Source of the DNA: an uncultured delta proteobacterium
Lineage (GTDB): Bacteria; Desulfobacterota; Syntrophia; Syntrophales; Smithellaceae
Length of the DNA stretch: 64,000 bases
Assembly (NCBI GenBank): GCA_963753975.1
Contig: CAVWEH010000002.1
Span: forward strand, 691,375 to 755,374
Reading direction: 5' to 3'
Both the position numbers and the translations under genes were made by a program. Shown piece after piece: positions 9,860 through 22,349 of the stretch (its first letter is position 1; every line of letters begins with the position of its first letter). The notes beneath the pieces are model-generated. The model ran no database searches. It worked only from the letters and a program-made list of their open reading frames with translations, and was not told the DNA's origin.

Positions 9860-11138
9860 ATGAATCAACCATCAAAGCTGGAAACTCACACTGGACCTCA
9901 TTTAACCAGAATTCAAAGATTCTTTCATTTTATCCGCCGCCACTGGATAATTATTATTGTATCCATTGTAATTATCATTGCGGGCAAAATATTCCTTGTG
10001 CCAAACATGGTGAAGTTTGGTACAGGTAAAAAATCTTTTGATCAGCCTCCACAGCCTGTAACGGCCTTAATGACAAATAAAGCTGATTTTGATGTATATC
10101 TGAAAGGGTTAGGTACCGTCATTCCCACAAACACCGTTACTGTCAAATCTCAGGTCAGTGGCCAGCTAATGAGCGTGCACTTTAAAGAAGGACAGCATGT
10201 TAATAAAGGTGACTTGATTGCAGAAATTGATCCACGCCCTTTCCAGGTTCAACTTATGCAGGCCGAAGGGCAGCTTGCCCGTGACGAAGCGTTTCTGAAA
10301 AACGCCGAGAGCTGATCTGGCGCTTTACAAACAGTTGCTTGCCCAGGATTCTATTGCCGCGCAACAGGTAACAACGCAGGAATCATTGGTGAAGCAGTAC
10401 CGCGGTGTAATTGAAACAGACAAGGGTCAAATCGCCAATGCTAAACTCCAGCTTACTTATGCCCGCGTTATCGCCCCGATTACCGGACGCGTCGGTTTGC
10501 GGCAAGTTGATCCCGGCAATATGGTTCAGGTTAACGATCCCAACGGTATAGTGGTAATCACACAACTGCAACCGATCACAGTCGTATTTTCACTGCCTCA
10601 GGACAATTTGACGATTTTGATGAAACGCTGGAATGCCGGGACAACCTTACCTGTCCAGGCCTATGATCAGGAAGGCAAGATATTACTGGCCAGCGGCAAA
10701 CTGCTCGCAATTGACAATCAGATCGATACTACAACAGGAACAATTAAACTGAAGGCGATATTTGACAATAAAGATAACAAACTTTTTCCCAACCAGTTTG
10801 TTAATGTTCGGCTGAAAGTGGATACTCTTCGTGATGCAACTGTAATGTCCACTGCTGCAGTGCAGCGCGGCAGTATCGGTACTTTTGCTTATGTGGTCAA
10901 AGATGACAAAAGTGTAACTGTAAGGATGTTGAAACTAGGACCTACTGAAGGCGATAATGTCGTCGTAATGGAAGGCCTGGTACCCGGAGAATTGGTGGTG
11001 ACCGTCGGAGGTGATAAACTGCGTGAAGGCACCAAAGTAGAGATTATGACGCCGAACAGTAAAGAAGCATCAGTGCGTACAGACAAAACAACCACAGCTC
11101 CCAAACAAAAAACGCGGCAGACTTCAGCACCAAAGTAA
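9860..11138 (+). CDS. mdtA: RND efflux membrane fusion protein MdtA (one +1 frameshift near 10310)
   Basis: ORFs 9860-10315 and 10335-11138 join; [32 protein letters not shown]. Confidence 0.85.
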
Positions 11139-11199
11139 ACTATGTCGGCTTTGATTCTCGTCTATATAATTACCGCACCTCAATAAGATAGGCAAATAT

Positions 11200-14100
11200 A
11201 TGAATCCTTCACGTCCTTTCATCTTGCGTCCCGTGGCTACATCATTGTTCATGGCCGCGATTCTGCTTGCGGGCATTATCGCTTATCATGTACTGCCTAT
11301 TTCCGCGCTGCCTCAGGTTGATTACCCGACTATTCAGGTTGTGACCCTTTATCCCGGAGCAAGTCCGGACGTTGTTACTTCCTCCATTACTGCGCCACTG
11401 GAGCGCCAATTCGGCCAGATGCCGGGACTGAATCAGATGTCTTCGACAAGCTCAGGCGGAGCATCGGTAATTACGCTGCAATTCAGTCTCAGCCTGAACC
11501 TCGATGTTGCGGAGCAGGAAGTGCAGGCGGCAATCAATGCCGGCCACTAACTTTCTTCCCACAGATCTGCCGATGCCGCCGATCTACAGCAAAGTCAACC
11601 CGGCGGATGCACCGATTATGACTCTGGCGATAACATCCAAAACCTTGCCGTTGCCGAAAGTTCAGGATCTCATCGACACGCGTGTCGCCCAGAAAATATC
11701 GCAATTGCCGGGTGTCGGACTGGTCAGCATCAGCGGCGGACAAAGACCGGCGGTACGCATTCAGGCCAATCCCAAAGCACTGGCAGCCTATAATCTCACG
11801 CTGGAGGATTTGCGCACGACCATCGGCAATGCCAATGTCAACCAGGCCAAAGGCAGTTTTGACGGTCCGGAGCGCGCTTCCACAATCGACGCCAATGATC
11901 AGATCAAGTTGGCTGCAGAATATGAAAAAGTTATTGTTGCTTACCGCAATGGCGCGCCGGTGCGCCTGACCGATGTAGCGGATGTCCGTGATGATGCTGA
12001 GAATGTCAGCCTGGCGGCCTGGCAAGATCAAACGCCGGCTGTTATCGTGAATATTCAGCGTCAGCCGGGCGCCAATGTCATCGAGGTTGTCAATCGCATC
12101 AAGAATATAATTCCGCAATTGCGGTCATCACTGCCCGGTTCGGTTGACGTTATCATGCTGACCGACCGTACCACAACCATCCGGACATCAGTGAATGACG
12201 TTCAGTTTGAACTGATCCTGGCCGTTGCTCTCGTCGTTATGGTCATTTTCCTTTTTCTGCGCAATCTATCGGCAACAATTATTCCGAGCATCGCCGTGCC
12301 GCTTTCGCTTATCGGAACATTCGGAGTCATGTACCTTTTCGGTTTCAGCATCAACAATCTGACTTTGATGGCCTTGACGATCTCGACCGGTTTTGTCGTG
12401 GATGACGCCATTGTTGTCATCGAAAATATCGCCCGTTATATCGAACAGGGTTTGTCCCCAATGGAGGCCGCCCTCAAGGGTTCGGCGCAGATTGCCTTTA
12501 CAATCATTTCGCTTACTTTTTCCCTGATCGCCGTTTTGATTCCTCTTCTTTTCATGGGAGATGTTGTGGGACGACTTTTCCGGGAATTTGCGATCACCCT
12601 GGCCGTCGCCATATTGATTTCGGCGGTTATTTCGCTGACGCTTACACCGATGATGTGCTCCAAGCTGTTGCGGCATGTGCCGGAAGAAAAGCAAGGACGT
12701 TTTTATCACCAAAGCGGCTTGTTTTTTGAAAGGACAATTGCCCGCTACGGCAAGATGCTCACCTGGGTTCTTGATCATCAGAAAGCCACACTGCTGGTGG
12801 CCATTGCTACGCTTGGTGCTGACAATTCTTTTGTATATCTTCATTCCCAAAGGGTTTCTTCCCCGTACAGGATACGGGCATGATTCTCGGCATATCGGAA
12901 GCACCGCAATCGATTTCTTTTTCCGCGATGGCCGAACGTCAGCAGGCGTTGGCTAAAGTGATTCTGCAGGACCCGGCCGTGGAAAGCCTGTCTTCCTTCA
13001 TCGGCGTGGATGGAACCAATGTAACATTAAACAGCGGGCGCATGATGATTAATCTGATACCGAAGAATAAACGCGATCTTGATGCTTCCGGCGTTATCCG
13101 CCGTTTACAGGCAAGACTTGCCGCAGCAGAAGGGATATCTCTTTACATGCAGCCGGTGCAGGATCTGACGATTGAAGACAGGGTCAGCCGCACGCAGTAT
13201 CAATTTACACTGGAGTGCGCCGATCCGGACGAACTGAGCCTTTGGACTCGCCGCCTTGTCGAGCGTATTTCTCACTCGCCATATCTTACCGATGTGGCCA
13301 GTGATTTACAGGATCAGGGATTGCAGGCTTATGTGGACATAGACCGCAATGCGGCCGGCCGGCTCGGCATCACGACTGCTGCCATCGATAATATTCTTTA
13401 TGACGCTTTCGGCCAGCGCCTTGTTTCCACGATATTCACGCAATCAAACCAATACCGCGTTGTTCTGGAGGTAAAGCCTGATTATAAAAAAGGACCGGCA
13501 GCCCTGAATGATTTGTACATAACTTCGCAGTCCGGAACTCAGGTTCCTCTGGGGGCAATCGCGCGGATATCGGAAAAACCGACGCCGCTTGTCGTCAATC
13601 ACCAGGGACAATTTCCCTGTGCCACAATTTCTTTTAATCTGGCGCCCGGAGCATCACTGGGAAATGCCGTCTCGGCTATCGAAAAAGCCGAGCGCGAAAT
13701 AGGCATGCCGATCAGTGTCAAAACCGGTTTCCAGGGAACGGCTCTGGCTTTCCGGGCTTCGCTTACCGGCACGCTGTTCTTGATCCTGGCCGCCATCATC
13801 ACGGTGTATATTGTCCTGGGCATTCTTTATGAAAGCTATATCCATCCGATAACGATTCTATCCACTCTGCCTTCCGCCGGTGTCGGCGCCTTGCTGGCGC
13901 TGATGATTTCCGGAAATGATCTGGGAATTATCGGAATCATCGGCATCATCCTGCTCATCGGCATCGTGAAGAAAAATGCCATTATGATGATTGACTTTGC
14001 CCTCGATGCCGAACGCAAAGAAGGCAAGACCGCCGCGGGAAGCAATTTATCAGGCATCGCTTGCTGCGCTTCCGGCCGATTATGATGACGACCATGGCCG

Positions 14101-14300
14101 CCCTGCTGGGCGCACTGCCGTTGATGATCGGTACCGGAGTCGGATCGGAGTTGCGCCATCCCCTGGGCATTACGATGGTGGGAGGGCTTATTTTGAGCCA
14201 GATTCTGACACTTTTTACAACACCGGTTATTTATCTGGCTTTTGACAGCCTGAGCCGTCGAATCAGGGCGCGAAATTGGCCGTCATTCAGTAACCGCTGA
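11200..14300 (+). CDS. mdtB: RND efflux permease MdtB (split by about five +1 frameshifts)
   Basis: [14 protein letters not shown] start; [34 protein letters not shown] in consecutive fragments. Confidence 0.85.
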
Positions 14301-14321
14301 TAAAGGCGATGGGACCGTATC

Positions 14322-17300
14322 ATGAACATTTCCACTCCTTTCATTCACCGTCCTGTAGCGACGACCCTGATTACGCTGGGTATTGCTCTGGCCGGCCTGG
14401 TTGCGTTTAGCCTGCTGCCGGTGGCGTCACTGCCGCAGGTTGACTTTCCCACCATATCCGTTTCAGCATCGCTTCCCGGAGCCAGCCCGGAAACAATGGC
14501 CGCCACGGTGGCCACGCCTCTGGAGCGGTCGCTGGGACGCATTGCCGGCATCACCGAGATGACCTCGACAAGTTCGCTGGGTTCGACCACGAATCACTCT
14601 GCAATTTGATCTGGACCGGGATATTGACGGGGCGGCGCGTGATGTGCAGGCGGCCATCAATGCAGCGCGCAGCCTTCTGCCTTCGGGATTACCCAGCAAC
14701 CCGACTTATCGCAAAGTAAACCCGGCGGATGCCCCCATCCTCATTTTAGCTCTGACCTCGGATACCATGACCCGCGGCCAGCTCTATGATGCGGCATCTA
14801 CTATTCTGGCGCAGAAACTTTCTCAGATAAAAGGTGTCGGCCAGGTGAATGTCGGCGGCAGTTCGCTTCCGGCCGTGCGGGTGGAATTGAATCCGGCCTT
14901 GCTCAACCGCTACGGAATAAGTCCGGAACAGGTGCGCCTCTCTATTGCCGCCTCCAATGCCAACCGTCCCAAAGGTTCCGTGGAAGCAGGCGATAAACAC
15001 TGGCAGATATCATGCCAATGACCAGGCAAAAAAAGCAGCCGATTATATTCCGCTGATTGTGTCTTATCGCAATGGCGCCGCTGTGCGTCTTTCGGATTTA
15101 GGCGAGGTGGTCGATTCGGTACAGGATTTGCGCAATGCCGGGTTATTCAACGGCAAACCGTCCGTTTTGCTGATCATCATCCAAGCAGCCCGGCGCCAAT
15201 GTCATCGAAACGGTCGATCGCGTCAAGGATATTTTACCGCAGTTGCAGGCCTCCATACCGGCGGCGATCAATTTACAGATTGCTTCGGATCGCACTCCGA
15301 CCATCCGCGCCTCATTGAGCGAAGTCGAACGCACCTTATTGATCTCCATCGCGCTGGTGATTCTGGTTGTATTTTTGTTTTTGCGCAATATTTATTCCAC
15401 ACTTATTCCCAGCATTGCCGTGCCTGTTTCACTGATCGGCACCTTCGGCGTCATGTATCTGGCCGGTTATACGCTGGATAATCTTTCCCTGATGGCGCTC
15501 ACCGTTGCCACCGGTTTTGTCGTTGATGACGCTATTGTTGTTCTGGAAAATATCTCCCGCCATATCGAGGCGGGGCTGACTCCTTTTCAGGCGGCGCTGC
15601 TTGGGAGCAAAAGAAGTAGGCTTTACCGTGCTTTCGATGAGCCTCTCCCTGATTGCCGTATTTATTCCTATTTTATTGATGGGAGGAGTTGTAGGCAGGC
15701 TTTTCCGCGAGTTTGCCGTGACGCTTTCCGCGGCCATTATAGTTTCTCTTCTTGTATCTCTGACCACGACGCCGATGATGTGTGCCCGTCTGTTGCGATC
15801 GAAAGAAGAACTGAAAACAGGCTGGTTCTATCGAAAAAGTGAGCAGATATTTGAGGCGGTTCTCGGCTTTTACCGGCGATCACTGAGTTGGGCTCTGCGG
15901 CATGGCCGGCTCATGATGTCGATACTGTTTGTTGTTATCTGCCTGAATGTTTTTCTTTATATCATCATTCCCAAGGGATTCTTTCCTCAGCAGGATACCG
16001 GAGCGCTTGTCGGCACAATTCAGGCTGACCAGAATATTTCTTTTCAGGCCATGCAACGCAAGCTGATCAGCATCATGGATATCATTCGTTCCGATCCGGC
16101 TGTTGAACAGCATATGCCGGTTTTACCGGAGGCGGGCAGACGCAATTCCGGTTTCATGTATATTTCTCTGAAGCCGATTCGCGAGCGCAAGGTTTCCTCC
16201 GATCAGGTCATGGCCAGGCTGCGCCCCAAGCTGGCGCGCGAAGCGGGGGCAAGACTTTTTCTGCAATCGGTGCAGGATATCCGCGTCGGCGGCCGGGCGG
16301 CCGGAGCCACCTATCAATACACTTTGCAGGCCGAAGATCTTACCGAATTACGGTTATGGGAAAAACGCCTCAAGGATGCTTTCAACGAACTTCCCGAATT
16401 GACGGATGTAAATACGGATGAGCAGGATAGAGGATTGCAGACTTCCGTTACTTTTGACCGCGACACGGCCTCGCGTATGGGAATCACTCCGGCGCTTATC
16501 GATGCGACATTAAATGATTACTTCGGCCAGCGTCAGGTATCCACTATTTACAATCCTCTTAATCAATACCGTGTCATCATGGAAGCTTCGCCTCCCAACT
16601 GGCAAAGTCCGGAATCCCTCAAAGATGTATACGTGATTATTCCCGCCAATGCGCAACTTCCGAATGGAGCGCAGGTGCCCCTTTTGTCCTTTGCCAACTA
16701 TGGCTTGACCAATACACCGCTTGCCGTCAACCATCAGGGACAATTTGCCGCATCCACGATTTCTTTTAATCTTCCCCTGGGAGTGTCGCTTTCTCAGGCA
16801 ACAGTGGCGATTCAGAAAACAATGGATCGTCTCGGCGTTCCCGGTTCCATCCGGGGAAGCTTTCAGGGAACGGCCCGAACATTTCAGGAATCATTACAAA
16901 GCCAGCCCTGGTTAATTCTGGCGGCACTCATTGCCATATACATTGTGCTGGGCATTCTCTATGAAAGTTATGTGCATCCGGTCACGATTCTATCCACACT
17001 GCCCTCCGCCGGTGTCGGGGCGTTGCTGGCCTTAATGTTATTCAATACGGAGTTCAGCATCATGGCTTTGATCGGTGTTATTCTGCTCATCGGCATCGTC
17101 AAGAAAAATGCCATTTTGATGATTGACTTTGCTCTGGATAAGGAACGAAAAGAAGGGAAAAGCCCTGAAGAATCAATATTTGAAGCCTGCCTGATGCGTT
17201 TCCGGCCGATCATGATGACGACGATGGCGGCGATTTTCGGCGCCATGCCTTTGATTTTGCTCACCGGAGAAGGTTCCGAATTACGCAGGCCTTTGGGAAT

Positions 17301-17454
17301 TTCTATTGTGGGCGGTCTGATTGTCAGCCAGATTCTGACACTCTATACAACGCCTGTCGTTTATTTATACCTTGATCGTTTCCGGTTGTTTTGTTTAAGG
17401 ATATTACGACGGAAAAGTGACCGGTTGCCTAAGCCGGCGTTGGAGAAAACTTAA
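14322..17454 (+). CDS. mdtC: RND efflux permease MdtC (split by at least four +1 frameshifts)
   Basis: [16 protein letters not shown] start; [40 protein letters not shown]. Confidence 0.85.
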
Positions 17455-17465
17455 AAAGGATTATT

Positions 17466-18893
17466 ATGAAAAAAATATCAATATTTAAAATGCTTCTTGT
17501 TATTTTATTGATGATGTCCGGCTGTTCTGTCGGGCCGGATTATAAACGTCCCGATGCGCCGGTACCATCATCTTTCAAGGAACTGAAAGGCTGGCGTGAA
17601 GCCCTGCCCCGCGATCAGGAAATTAGAACAAACTGGTGGGAAGCCTTCGATGATCCCATCCTTAACTCGCTTGCCGAGCAGGTTAATGTATCGAACCAGT
17701 CGATAGCGCTTGCGGAATCTCAATATCGTCAGGCCCAGGCGCTGGTGCAACTGGCGCGGGCCAGTTACTTCCCTACTGTCAATGCGGGGGCAGCCTATAC
17801 CCGCTCGCTGCCAGCCGGGGATGGGGAACCTATAATCCGGTAAACCAGCATCAGGTTTCTCTCAATGCCTCCTGGGAAGTGGATTTGTGGGGAAAAGTGC
17901 GACGGCAGGTGGAATCAAGTACGGCAACTGCCGAAGCATCTTTTGCCGATTTACAGGCTATGCGTTTATCGATGCAAGCGGAACTCGCCCTGAATTATTT
18001 TCAGCTGCGGACTCTTGGATGCCCAAAAGAAAAATCTTGAGGAAGCTGTTGCAGCTTACGGAAAAGCTCTGGAGCTTACGCAAAACCGCTATAATGCCGG
18101 TGTCGCGGCCAAGGCTGATGTTGCCGCAGCCCAAACCCAACTTAAATCCACTCAAGCTCAGGCTATCGATGTCGGCGTGCAGCGGGCACAACTGGAGCAT
18201 GCCATCGCCATCTTAATCGGCAAGCCGCCGGCCGATTTTTCTCTGCCGCCTGTGACATTTGCTGCGCCGCAAATCAAAATTCCTGTGGCGCATTCCTTCC
18301 GATCTGCTGGAACGCAGGCCGGATATTGCCTCGGCGGAGCGCAAGATGGCTGCGGCCAATGCCCAGATCGGAGTCGCCAAAGCGGCATATTATCCATCCA
18401 TTACTCTTTCCGGGTCATTGGGATACGCAAAGCGCTGAACTGGCCAACCTGTTTACATCACCAAGCTTTTTCTGGGCTTTAGGACCGATGGCTCTGGCCG
18501 ACAACTTTATTTGACGGCGGGGCGCGCAAAGCACAGACTGAGCAGGCAATGGCCGCATATGATGGAACAGTAGCCTTTTACCGGCAAACCGTACTTACGG
18601 GATTTCAGGATGTTGAAGACAATCTGGCCGCCCTGCGCATACTTGATGAGGAAGCGCAAATGCAGGAACAGGCCGTAAATTCCGCTCACGAATCGGTCAC
18701 TCTGACAACCAACCAGTATAAGGCCGGAATTGTCAGTTACCTGAATGTAGTTACCGCCCAAACTATTGCCCTGACCAATGAAAGAACGGCCATTAGCATC
18801 AGCGGTCAGCGCCTGAATGCAGGCGTCCTGCTCGTCAAAGCTCTTGGCGGCGGATGGAACGCGGCAGAAGCTCATGGTGCCGACCAAAAATAA
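17466..18893 (+). CDS. outer-membrane efflux lipoprotein (NodT/OprM family), several +1 frameshifts
   Basis: Lipobox [21 protein letters not shown] and [16 protein letters not shown] read in shifted frames; ends LVKALGGGW. Confidence 0.85.
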
Positions 18894-18994
18894 AACTTCT
18901 GAAATCTGGTGGCGCCTGGAAATATGAATAACAAGAAATAGGATTTATGTATTATAAGTCTTTTCCCCAATCATCATGATGACCAATAAAAAAA

Positions 18995-19576
18995 ATGCAT
19001 GGTCTTCTTTTAACTATAACAAAATATTCTTACATGGGAATATTTACCGCTCTCGGCCTGGGTATATTGGGAATACCTATTCCCGATGAAACCTTAACAG
19101 CTTTTGCTGGATTCTTAGCTTTTCAGGGTAAATTGAATTTCTTTTTTATTCTGGCTGTAGCTTTTGCTGGAACATCATGCGGCATCACGATTAGTTACTT
19201 CCTCGGAAGATATTGCACAAATTTTATTTCAAGAAAATATCCGGATAAATTTCCGGTCAATTCCAACCACTTGCTGGAGGTAAAAAAATTCTATTTAAGA
19301 TTTGGGAAATATGCCCTGTTGCTGGGCTATTTCATCCCGGGCGTACGACATCTTACCGCAATTTTCGCCGGAACAACCTTCCTACCCTATAGGCAATTTG
19401 CTCTTTTTGCGTACGTGGGTGCCTTTTTATGGACGGTGACATTTTTGCTTCTTGGATATTTTTTAGGTCACGAATGGTATCTTGTCGTTCATTTTTCGAA
19501 CCGCATTTTCATACCTTTAATACTCTTGTCGGTTTTGATTTTCTTTTTAATCGCGTATCTGAAAGAAAAAACATAA
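18995..19576 (+). CDS. DedA family membrane protein
   Basis: GIPIPDE, YFIPGVRH motifs. Confidence 0.9.
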   Translation: MHGLLLTITKYSYMGIFTALGLGILGIPIPDETLTAFAGFLAFQGKLNFFFILAVAFAGTSCGITISYFLGRYCTNFISRKYPDKFPVNSNHLLEVKKFYLRFGKYALLLGYFIPGVRHLTAIFAGTTFLPYRQFALFAYVGAFLWTVTFLLLGYFLGHEWYLVVHFSNRIFIPLILLSVLIFFLIAYLKEKT

Positions 19577-19594
19577 AGGATTACGAACCAAAGA

Positions 19595-20845
19595 ATGGAT
19601 TCAAATGTTGGCGGAATAATTTTTGATAACCTTAAGAATTTTAAATTCATATTCCGCACTTTACGATACCGGAATTATCGTCTTTTTTTCATCGGCCAAT
19701 TCATTTCTCTCATCGGCACGTGGATGCAGCAAATTGCTGTAAGCTGGTTAGTTTATAAAATGACGCACTCCGTGTTCCTTTTAGGGTTGGTCGGTTTCGT
19801 CAGCCAATTTCCGATATTTGCTATTTCTCCTTTTGCCGGTGTTTGGTCCGATCGCTTCAACCGGCATCGGATGCTTATTATGACTCAAACATTATCTATG
19901 ATCCAGGCAATGGCCCTAGCGATCCTTGTCTTATCCGGCGTCATTTCCGTGTGGCAAATAATCTTCTTGAGCTTGTTCATCGGTTGTGTAAACGCGATAG
20001 ATATGCCCACCAGACAATCATTTGTCATCCACATGGTTGATGAGCGCAGGGATCTGAGTAATGCCATTGCCCTAAACTCCGCCATGTTTAACGCAAGCAG
20101 GCTTTTGGGACCATTCATCGCCGGCGTTTTGATTGCAATCGTCGGTGAAGGAATTTGTTTTCTCATCAACGGTTTAAGTTATATTGCTGTAATTTTGGCT
20201 CTATTAGCCATGAATGTCAGCAATATGCAATTTGGATTTAAGAAATCCAGTGTTATCGAAGAGCTAAAAGATGGGTTTACTTATGCCTTTGGTGATCCAA
20301 AAATAAAATCTATCCTAATGCTTGTCGCCCTTACCAGTATAATGGGAGTCCCTTTTATCGTCCTCATGCCCGCTTTCGCTAAAGACATATTACACGGGGG
20401 ACCTCATACACTGGGATTTTTAATGTCCGCACTGGGTGGAGGAGCATTGATGGGAGCTTTTTATCTTGCTGCACGAACTGATATGAAAGGTCTCCGAAAA
20501 ATAATAAATCTGGCTGCCCTGCTGTTCGGCATTGGTCTCATCGGATTTTCTTTATCAAAAAATTTATGGATTTCCCTATTAATGATACTCATTGCCGGTT
20601 TCGGCATGATGGTGCAGGTTGCTTCCAGTAACACCTGGTTACAAACAAATGTAGACGATGATAAACGCGGCCGGATGATGAGCTTTTACGTTGTCTCTTT
20701 TACGGGCATGGCACCTTTTGGCTCTTTGCTGGCAGGAAGCATGGCTGGCGCTATAGGAGTCTCCAATACAATTTTTATCGGTGGAGTCGTCTGCATTCTT
20801 GGCGCTATTTTTTTCCTGAAATTGTTTCATCGCTCCGAATATTAA
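19595..20845 (+). CDS. MFS transporter (MFS_3/DHA3-like)
   Basis: RNYRLFFIGQFISLIGTWMQ, GVWSDRFNR, 12-TM pattern. Confidence 0.9.
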   Translation: MDSNVGGIIFDNLKNFKFIFRTLRYRNYRLFFIGQFISLIGTWMQQIAVSWLVYKMTHSVFLLGLVGFVSQFPIFAISPFAGVWSDRFNRHRMLIMTQTLSMIQAMALAILVLSGVISVWQIIFLSLFIGCVNAIDMPTRQSFVIHMVDERRDLSNAIALNSAMFNASRLLGPFIAGVLIAIVGEGICFLINGLSYIAVILALLAMNVSNMQFGFKKSSVIEELKDGFTYAFGDPKIKSILMLVALTSIMGVPFIVLMPAFAKDILHGGPHTLGFLMSALGGGALMGAFYLAARTDMKGLRKIINLAALLFGIGLIGFSLSKNLWISLLMILIAGFGMMVQVASSNTWLQTNVDDDKRGRMMSFYVVSFTGMAPFGSLLAGSMAGAIGVSNTIFIGGVVCILGAIFFLKLFHRSEY

Positions 20846-21138
20846 ATAAATCGTTATTTTTCTACAAATTGTTTATTTGTGTATTTTGTAAAAAAAGCTT
20901 CGCAATAGATTAGCGTAGAACAAAGAAAGACATTAATATAAAAAATTTATGTGAACAAACATCACCTTAAAAGTGTAATATAATTATGTTGACCTTACAC
21001 CGGATTTTAGGTATTAATTTAGACCTGATATACATATGAGAATATTGACATGTTCTTTAAAGAATTTTAAATTGCTTTTTAAATACATTTTTAATAGTGC
21101 AATATTTATAAGCAGTCAAAAAGGAGAAATATAAAATA

Positions 21139-21354
21139 ATGAGCACGGAAATAAAGGCACCCATGACCGGGAAAATCGCCAGCATCGTTGTTCACGTGGG
21201 TGATCAAGTCAATGTAGATGACGAAGTCGTCATCATGGATGCCATGAAAATGGAAATACCCGTCTATGCGCCTGTTCAGGGAACAGTCAAGGAAATAAAA
21301 ATCAAAGAAGGCGATTCTGTAAAAACAGATCAAGTTCTAATGATCATTGGTTAA
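21139..21354 (+). CDS. stand-alone biotin carboxyl carrier (biotinyl domain) protein
   Basis: APMTGKI, DAMKME biotinylation motif; AAGGAG RBS. Confidence 0.9.
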   Translation: MSTEIKAPMTGKIASIVVHVGDQVNVDDEVVIMDAMKMEIPVYAPVQGTVKEIKIKEGDSVKTDQVLMIIG

Positions 21355-21363
21355 AATAGACAC

Positions 21364-22044
21364 CTATTTGGCGGAAGCTTTTTTAGTAGGCAAGGTGTCA
21401 GCCCATTCACTCACGGTTAAAACATCCGCCTGACGGGGAAACACCTTTTCAACCAACACGCGATGTACTTCCGGATCAGCATCTAAACACGCATCGGAAA
21501 GAACGACAAGTCCGTAATCCTTATCCGCAGCTTCCCGCAGAGTTGAAAGGACAACGCCGCTTGTTGCAATACCAGTTAGAATCAGCTTGTCGATCCCACG
21601 GGAGCGGAGAAGAACCTCGAGATCACTACCGGCAAACGCGCTCACGCGTAATTTCGTCACGACAGGTTCGTCCGGAAGCGGCGCTACCGAAGAATGAATT
21701 TGTGTCGAAACATCGGAAATGGTCATGCCTCCCAGTTTTGAGACGGCTGAAAACGTTTTGTTCTTTGCGCTTAATTCCGGATAGCCGTCACGGAATGCGA
21801 CACGAACAAAAATAACCGGAATTCCCGCATGACGGGCAGCGCTCACGGCATGTTGAAATGGAATCATGACTTCTGGTTTTTCAGCAAAATGCTGAACAAT
21901 TCCGTTTTGAACGTCCATCACTAAGAGCGCTGAGTGATTCGCTTGCATCATATCAGCATTCTTTACTGTAATGACAGGATTGGCCATACAAGAGGTAAGA
22001 AGTAACAGGCAGATAAATCCCAAAATCTTCTTAGTGCTTTTCAT
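21364..22044 (-). CDS. isochorismatase-family hydrolase with predicted lipoprotein signal
   Basis: ALLVMDVQNG, KLRVSAF, GIATSGVVLSTLREAADKDY; N-terminal LLLLTSC; GGAGG RBS. Confidence 0.85.
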   Translation of the reverse strand: MKSTKKILGFICLLLLTSCMANPVITVKNADMMQANHSALLVMDVQNGIVQHFAEKPEVMIPFQHAVSAARHAGIPVIFVRVAFRDGYPELSAKNKTFSAVSKLGGMTISDVSTQIHSSVAPLPDEPVVTKLRVSAFAGSDLEVLLRSRGIDKLILTGIATSGVVLSTLREAADKDYGLVVLSDACLDADPEVHRVLVEKVFPRQADVLTVSEWADTLPTKKASAK

Positions 22045-22056
22045 AATTGCCTCCGT

Positions 22057-22095
22057 AAAAACAAAACCCCGATCTTTTTTTAGAAACGGGGTTTC
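22057..22095 (-). terminator. intrinsic terminator immediately upstream of the isochorismatase RBS (possible attenuator)
   Basis: Minus strand GAAACCCCG-TTTCTAAAAAAAGAT-CGGGGTTTTGTTTTT followed directly by ACGGAGG and the start codon. Confidence 0.65.
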
Positions 22096-22349
22096 GGTAA
22101 TCAGTTCATGCTTCCCTCGTGTAAGGTTGAATGGTTCAGTAAATTTATTCTCCGACTTTACATAGTTTTTAAATTATCACTATTCACATTAGAAATCTAC
22201 TCTGAAAAAAATCAAGGAAATACTTCTTACAAGGAAGAAGTTGATTGTTTGTTTCGCCTACAAGTCAGCAATTATGGTGATTAAAATATTTTGAGGATTT
22301 GCATTTGAATGTTTGATCAATATACGGATCGGTGAGAACTAGTTTATCT

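Noticed and set aside
11534..18887. Many antisense and alternate-frame ORFs over the mdt operon (also over topA and the fad genes)
   Set aside because: They are shadows of well-supported genes, with no RBS or family motifs.
18907..18920. TGGTGGCGCCTGGA resembling the tRNA-Arg(TCT) 3' end as an att duplicate
   Set aside because: Short, gapped match with no integrase; chance is sufficient.
22100..22160. TPP riboswitch-like words TGAACC and CGAGGGAAGC
   Set aside because: The CTGAGA and TGAT...TAAT...GCG core is absent; kept only as an unknown leader.
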